Below, piece by piece: positions 58,944 to 64,000 of a stretch of 64,000 nucleotides of DNA. The position numbers were made by a program, and so were the translations under genes. This stretch comes from Candidatus Komeilibacteria bacterium. Its GTDB lineage: Bacteria > Patescibacteriota > Patescibacteriia > UBA1558. Location: the NCBI GenBank assembly GCA_048538275.1, contig JBLYPW010000001.1, positions 365,928 through 429,927 on the forward strand. The letters run 5' to 3'. Each line of letters begins with the position of its first letter. Within the stretch, counting starts at the first letter, position 1. The notes under the pieces were generated by a model. The model did no database searches. It was given only the letters and a program-made list of their open reading frames with translations, and was not told the DNA's origin.

Positions 58944-60734
58944 ATGGATATTAGAAATATTGCCATTATCGCTCATGTTGATCACGGCAAAACATCATTG
59001 ACAGATTCTTTGATGCAACAAGCAGGATTATCTCAAGCTGGTACTAGTATGGATAGCGATACTTTAGAATTAGAACGAGGTATCACTATTTATTCAAAAA
59101 ATGCTTCTATTTTTTATCATGGTACAAAAATTAACATAGTGGACACTCCCGGTCACTCTGATTTTGGTTCTGAAGTAGAAAGAGTACTGCGCTCCATTGA
59201 CTCTGTCTTATTACTGGTTGATGCTCAAGAGGGTCCCATGCCGCAAACAAAATTTGTTTTAAAAAAATCATTGGAACTGGGGCTGCAGCCAATTGTCGTA
59301 CTAAATAAAATTGACAAGCCGGCCGCTCGCCCAGATATAGTACAAGAAATGGTATATGAATTATTTTTGGACTTGGGCGCGACGGACGAGCAATTGGATT
59401 TTACTACTGTTTACGCAATAGCCCGTGACGGCATCGCTATGCTAAACTTGGATGATAGTAGCACTGATTTGACTCCCCTACTTGATATCATTATAAAAGA
59501 AACGCCAGTCGCTTCTAGTGACGGAGCTAAAAATAAATTATTAAGGTTACAACCATTTAATTTGGCTTATGATAACTATTTGGGTCGTTTGGCTATTGGA
59601 CGGATTTATGAAGGGAAAATTAATAATAATGATACTGTTATAATTAAAAATATTGACGGCACTGTCAGACAAGGAAAGATAACCAAGTTATTTACTTTTT
59701 CCGGTTTAGAAAGAAAAGAAGTTGCCACAGCTGAGGCTGGCGATATTGTGATGCTGGCGGGATTACCTGATATTTATATTGGCGAAACAATCTGTCATAA
59801 CTCTAGTCAAGAAATATTACCGGCTATCAATATAGATGACCCCACTATATCGTTGAATTTATTAGTGAATAATTCACCCTTTGCCGGCCGGGATGGTAAA
59901 TTTGTCACCAATCGTCAGCTAAGAGAGCGTCTGGAAAAAGAGCTGGAAATAAATGTTGGATTAAAAATAGATTTTTCTGCCATTGATCATTATAAAATAT
60001 ATGGCCGTGGGGAGATGCATATTGCAATTTTATTGGAAAATATGCGGCGTGAGGGTTATGAACTGCAAGTTTCCCAACCGCATGTTATTATCAAAGAAAT
60101 AAATGGCATAAAATCAGAACCGTTTGAGGAAGTTACCATAAATGTACCGGAGGAAATGTCAGGCAAGGTTATCAAAAAGTTATCGCAACGTAGTGGAACT
60201 ATGGTGGAAATGCTACCAGAACATGGTCATACAAGGATAATATTCTCTATTCCCAGCAGAGGTCTTTTGGGCTATAGAAATGAATTTATAGTGGATACAA
60301 AAGGAGAAGGCTTGATGTACAGTCATGTCATTGGTTTTCGGCCCTATGCCGGTGAAATCAAAAAAAATGCTGTTGGCTCAATGATATCCATGGCTACCGG
60401 CAAAGCGTTGGGTTTTTCTTTATACAATTTACAGAACAGGGGTAATCTCTATATTGAAGCCAATACTGATGTCTATGAAGGCATGGTCATTGGTGATGCC
60501 GCCAAAGGTAATGATATGGCTGTTAATCCAATCAAAGGTAAACAACTTACCAATATGCGCTCATCCGGTGCTGATGAGGCTATCAATTTAACCCCTCCCA
60601 TTAAACTGACGCTGGAAAAAGGAATGAGCATTATGAACGATGATGAGTATCTAGAAATCACACCGCTAAATATCCGTTTGCGTAAACAATTATTGCGTGA
60701 GACTGATCGCATTAGACAATTTAGAAGTAGGTAG
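58944..60734 (+). CDS. typA: Translational GTPase TypA/BipA
   Basis: NIAIIAHVDHGKT, GPMPQTKFV, GRGEMH, KQLTNMRSSGAD, EITPLNIRLRK. Confidence 0.97.
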   Translation: MDIRNIAIIAHVDHGKTSLTDSLMQQAGLSQAGTSMDSDTLELERGITIYSKNASIFYHGTKINIVDTPGHSDFGSEVERVLRSIDSVLLLVDAQEGPMPQTKFVLKKSLELGLQPIVVLNKIDKPAARPDIVQEMVYELFLDLGATDEQLDFTTVYAIARDGIAMLNLDDSSTDLTPLLDIIIKETPVASSDGAKNKLLRLQPFNLAYDNYLGRLAIGRIYEGKINNNDTVIIKNIDGTVRQGKITKLFTFSGLERKEVATAEAGDIVMLAGLPDIYIGETICHNSSQEILPAINIDDPTISLNLLVNNSPFAGRDGKFVTNRQLRERLEKELEINVGLKIDFSAIDHYKIYGRGEMHIAILLENMRREGYELQVSQPHVIIKEINGIKSEPFEEVTINVPEEMSGKVIKKLSQRSGTMVEMLPEHGHTRIIFSIPSRGLLGYRNEFIVDTKGEGLMYSHVIGFRPYAGEIKKNAVGSMISMATGKALGFSLYNLQNRGNLYIEANTDVYEGMVIGDAAKGNDMAVNPIKGKQLTNMRSSGADEAINLTPPIKLTLEKGMSIMNDDEYLEITPLNIRLRKQLLRETDRIRQFRSR

Positions 60735-60741
60735 ATTTGTC

Positions 60742-60770
60742 AAAACACCCGCTCACCGGCGGGTATTTAA
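60742..60770. terminator. Hairpin terminator between convergent typA and the next ORF
   Basis: ACCCGC-tcaccg-GCGGGT with A/T flanks. Confidence 0.6.
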
Positions 60771-60795
60771 AAATCCCAATACTTTGATACATAAA

Positions 60796-61692
60796 CTATA
60801 ATTTCTCTAATATATTTGCGAATTGGTCAATCTGACTACGGACTTGAGAAGGAATGTCATGATTTTGTAACCAGGCAATTTGCTCGGTCAAAGAAGATAA
60901 TAATTTTTCAAATACCGCTCGTTCACTAGCTGTGATTGATGTCATTGCATCCGATTGTCTGTTTTGTAGCAGTTCATCTAATTGCTTATCAGTCATAGCT
61001 AAATAAAAAGTGGGGATATTTTGGATTTGCCGCTTAACCAATTTGCGTTGACCATCCTCTCCCCTTTCTAAACTAAAGCCGTATTTTATTTTGGCCCCGC
61101 CGCGCATTGCTTTATCTAATATTTTCTTATTTTTAGCTTCCACTCTTTCGTGTTCACGATTATCATAAACTTCATCAAAAGTACAAATCACTTCCCCGGT
61201 CTGTTTATTGACAATAACATTGTCTATCCCATTAGCATAGTCATCATAAGTACTGGCTCTGACTACAATATATTTATCGTGCAAAAATTTATACAGCAAA
61301 GAGGTAATGGCCATCTCAACAATCGTTCCCTTATGCTTTAATTTGTCAGTACGATACTGATGTAATAACTCATCAGTCGTGTCATAACCAAATTTTTCTT
61401 TATAATATTTACGCACCCCTTCATTTGTTGCGCCACTCCACGCCAGCTCTTTTTCTTGATTTGACTTTTCATCATGCTTAACTTCTTCCTTGCTCAGCTC
61501 TCCCCCACTCTTTTTTAAAAAACTGCGCATATTAATACAATTTTTTTTATCCAATATATCAGCAGCATTGTCACCAAAATTCTCCACTAATTCCAATTGG
61601 GTTTTGTGGGCTATATTTTCCATTAAAGCAGTCAAGGCTTCACCAGCACTTTCCTGATTTTCTATTTTATTTTGATACTCTTCAAATGTCAT
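60796..61692 (-). CDS. Hypothetical protein, possible PD-(D/E)XK-like fold
   Basis: 298 aa, GAGG RBS; E...RASTYDDYANGID...ICTFDEV acidic pattern. Confidence 0.7.
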   Translation of the reverse strand: MTFEEYQNKIENQESAGEALTALMENIAHKTQLELVENFGDNAADILDKKNCINMRSFLKKSGGELSKEEVKHDEKSNQEKELAWSGATNEGVRKYYKEKFGYDTTDELLHQYRTDKLKHKGTIVEMAITSLLYKFLHDKYIVVRASTYDDYANGIDNVIVNKQTGEVICTFDEVYDNREHERVEAKNKKILDKAMRGGAKIKYGFSLERGEDGQRKLVKRQIQNIPTFYLAMTDKQLDELLQNRQSDAMTSITASERAVFEKLLSSLTEQIAWLQNHDIPSQVRSQIDQFANILEKL

Positions 61693-61954
61693 GTTTTACC
61701 TCGCTATGATCTGTCATTTAAAATTAATGATCAGCAATATTATAATACTTAAATTTTTTAATGACTTTATAGGTCGCTGAAGAATACTTCTAACTTTGTA
61801 ATATGTTTTATTAATATAAAATCCCTTATATTATCGCCCTAATTAGCCAAAAAGTCAAAACAAAAAAACCGCCTATTATCATAGATGGTCTTTTGGCTAA
61901 ATGAAACCCCTCATTCCCGACAGATACACAGATTTATACTTGGGATAAATAATA

Positions 61955-62002
61955 AGCCACATCTGTAGAGACAATTCATGAATTGTCTCTACAGATGTGG
62001 CT
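61955..62002. repeat. 48-bp perfect palindrome containing a GTAG-family REP core
   Basis: AGCCACATCT-GTAGAGACAATTCATGAATTGTCTCTAC-AGATGTGGCT. Confidence 0.9.
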
Positions 62003-62047
62003 CGGAGTCGTGGATGAAGTTAGAACTGATTTATGAATATATAAATA

Positions 62048-62536
62048 TCATTTAATATGATAATATAAAAATTTCTTTATCGCTTTTTTTTTCGTTTTTT
62101 CTTTATTACTAACTAAATATCCATTTAAAAACTCTAAACCCATAGCTTTCCTTCTTTTGTTCAAATTTTTTTTATCATCTATTTCTATATTTAATGTACC
62201 ATATAGTTGTTTCTCACCCTTATTAAATCTAATTCGATCTATAATTTCTGTTTTTTGTTGCGGAGTTAGCTCACAATTCTCTAAATATTGATTTTGCATA
62301 TTAATATCAAACTGGTGTAATATAATATAATGAAAATAGAACATCCCTCTCTTGCCAACACTTTTAATTGTAGGGTAGTCATATTGGTTTATTAATAATT
62401 TAATTCGATAGTTATGGGCTATATCAATAGCGTATAATAAATAATTAGGTAATTCTTTACCAACATTGCGTTTTAATCTTATTTCTTGATCGACGGTAAA
62501 TACCTCTAAAATTTGTTTTAAATAATCTTTGTTCAC
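62048..62536 (-). CDS. DUF6624-like protein, copy 2
   Basis: DQEIR, YDYPT..SVG..G, LHQ, IDRIRFNKGEKQLYGT, NKRRKAMGL; GTG start. Confidence 0.75.
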   Translation of the reverse strand: MNKDYLKQILEVFTVDQEIRLKRNVGKELPNYLLYAIDIAHNYRIKLLINQYDYPTIKSVGKRGMFYFHYIILHQFDINMQNQYLENCELTPQQKTEIIDRIRFNKGEKQLYGTLNIEIDDKKNLNKRRKAMGLEFLNGYLVSNKEKTKKKAIKKFLYYHIK

Positions 62537-62542
62537 GTATTA

Positions 62543-63040
62543 TTATTTTATATTATAATACTTAAATTTTTTAATTTTTTTAATTTTATTTAACTTTTTT
62601 TTACTCTCTGTTAAATACTGTTTTAAAGTGTTTAAATTCATTTTTTTTCTTCTTTTATCTACATTCTTTATATCTTCAATTTTTACATTCAACATGGTTC
62701 CGTATAATTGCTTTTTCCCCATATTAAACCTAATTCTATCAATCAAGGCCGCTTTTTCTGCTGGTTCATGTTGACCGTTTGCTAAAAAATCTTCCTGTAA
62801 AGCAATATCAAACCATTGATGTAAAATTAACATAGTAAAAATTTTCATACCTCTTTTCCCCAAACTTTTTTTCGTAGGATAGCCATACTGATTAATCAAT
62901 AAATGTATTCTATAATTATGAGCTATATCCATTAAATATACCAAATAATTTGGTAATTCTTTGCCTGGCTTACACTTGAGTCTCACCTCCTGATCAACAG
63001 TAAATATTTCTTTGATTTGTCTTAAATAATCATTATTCAT
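62543..63040 (-). CDS. DUF6624-like protein, copy 1
   Basis: DQEVR, YGYPT, IDRIRFNMGKKQLYGT, IEDIKNVDKRRKKM; clear paralogue of the neighbour. Confidence 0.75.
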   Translation of the reverse strand: MNNDYLRQIKEIFTVDQEVRLKCKPGKELPNYLVYLMDIAHNYRIHLLINQYGYPTKKSLGKRGMKIFTMLILHQWFDIALQEDFLANGQHEPAEKAALIDRIRFNMGKKQLYGTMLNVKIEDIKNVDKRRKKMNLNTLKQYLTESKKKLNKIKKIKKFKYYNIK

Positions 63041-63060
63041 ATTTTATATTATAACACATT

Positions 63061-63088
63061 AAAAAAGGGGGAATGATTATACCCCCTT
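63061..63088 (-). terminator. Terminator after the ATP-grasp remnant
   Basis: AAGGGGG...CCCCCTT stem with T-run on the minus strand. Confidence 0.6.
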
Positions 63089-63418
63089 CTATTTATTTCC
63101 TACTAATTGATTAGCAATAGCCTTAGCAATTTGTGCACCGGTATTTAATTGAATAAAATACCATTGACCATTACTATTTACTTCAAGAAATACATATTCA
63201 CCGCTCGGCTTAACTATCATATCTATACAGCCATAATTCAAACTCATCTTTTTCATAAAAGAATAAATCATATTTTCTATATCAACTGGCAATTTTGTTA
63301 CTTCCATTTTTACAGAAAAATCATTAAATTTTGGTTTTCTTCTCCAATCTAGTGCTGTTTGTACATCTCCTTGTGAATATATTTTTACAGGAAATATTTG
63401 ATCACCAACAATCGTTAT
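63089..63418 (-). pseudogene. 5'-truncated ATP-grasp ligase (graspetide/microviridin MvdC-D-like maturase C-terminus)
   Basis: Frame extends upstream of the listed ATG as ITIVGDQIFPVKIYSQ...LDWRR, then LNYGCIDMIV...YVFLEVNSNGQW; an in-frame TAG precedes it and the N-terminal part is absent. Confidence 0.75.
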
Positions 63419-63490
63419 CTACTTTAAAAAAGTTAGACCGATTATATTAGCCTAAGTATATTATACAGGTTTTTACTATATAAAAAAATC

Positions 63491-63517
63491 CCCCTTACTT
63501 TCAAAGAAAGTAAGGGG
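63491..63517. promoter_or_regulatory. 12-bp-stem hairpin downstream of the DGR-like target (homing hairpin and/or terminator)
   Basis: CCCCTTACTTTC-AAA-GAAAGTAAGGGG, about 28 bp past the stop codon. Confidence 0.65.
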
Positions 63518-63544
63518 AAGGGTTAAAGTTAAAAGGAACAAGGG

Positions 63545-64000
63545 TTAGGAAACTGCAACGCGAACCCGCAAGCTGCCATCGGCAATGCCAAAAGGGCACC
63601 AATCCACCTGCAACCAGCCGCCATCCCAGCGGACACCAGGCACAACACCAACAGGGTGACGCGACCCGGCACAAAGGGTTACATTTGAAATATCCAAATG
63701 TTCGCCAGTTTCATCATAGTATTTCAGCTCAAGAATCAATCTTTCCATTAAAGTAATGGAATTGATACCTTTTTCTTTGAGCATATCAGCTGAGGTGTTT
63801 TTCCATTCCTCATCTGCTTCTACTCGCTCACGAAAGCAAACTGCATAAGCCTGATTAGAAGTTCGAACATCATTTCTAATGCCCTTATCAAGATTCTCGG
63901 TATATAAATATACTTTGAATTTCTTTTTAAGAACTTTGACAATGTCTGCATAAGAAAGACCTTGAGGGATGAAAACTACTCTAGAGAAATCATCTGGACT
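63545..64000 (-). CDS. Probable DGR target (variable) protein, 5' part outside the window
   Basis: Frame open from 64000 (SPDDFSRVVFIPQG...VEADEE...ITLMERLILEL...HLD...TLCAGSR...VP...W...LRVRVAVS); A-depleted C-terminal region. Confidence 0.8.
   Translation of the reverse strand, partial: SPDDFSRVVFIPQGLSYADIVKVLKKKFKVYLYTENLDKGIRNDVRTSNQAYAVCFRERVEADEEWKNTSADMLKEKGINSITLMERLILELKYYDETGEHLDISNVTLCAGSRHPVGVVPGVRWDGGWLQVDWCPFGIADGSLRVRVAVS

Noticed and set aside
1398-63352. Short ORFs from the track that overlap or oppose recognised genes (e.g. 5297-5521, 11142-11465, 18178-18486, 18698-19033, 45655-45975, 63149-63352)
   Set aside because: Shadow frames of well-supported genes with no recognisable motifs

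Overview
AT-rich bacterial chromosome window, genetic code 11. Gene content and style (short AlaRS, CPR-type membrane GT2, lytic transglycosylases, degenerate PriA) suggest a Patescibacteria/CPR genome, probably ABY1-like; this is inference, not a database result. Most of the window is housekeeping: lepA, ftsB-like, two tRNAs, rlpA-ftsEX, nifU-iscS, a dcw cluster (mraY-murD-ftsW-murG-murC-murB), secA, mnmA, alaS, the alpha ribosomal operon, a flippase/glycosyltransferase cluster, lysS, serS, ftsQ-like, gltX, priA-def-fmt and typA. Six things stand out. (1) The 1.1-kb gap between mnmA and alaS has no credible protein gene and appears to hold three tandem promoter-structured RNA-terminator units, one of them a ~400-nt multibranch RNA I cannot assign to a known class. 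(2) The last ORF ends in an adenine-depleted variable region plus hairpin typical of a diversity-generating retroelement target. (3) A 1143-aa protein carries 33-aa repeats with a few hypervariable codons. (4) A HAD-like domain is inserted inside AlaRS. (5) A stand-alone MurB C-terminal remnant follows murB. (6) A dif-like site lies at the strand-bias switch, and related inverted repeats flank the ftsQ-like gene.
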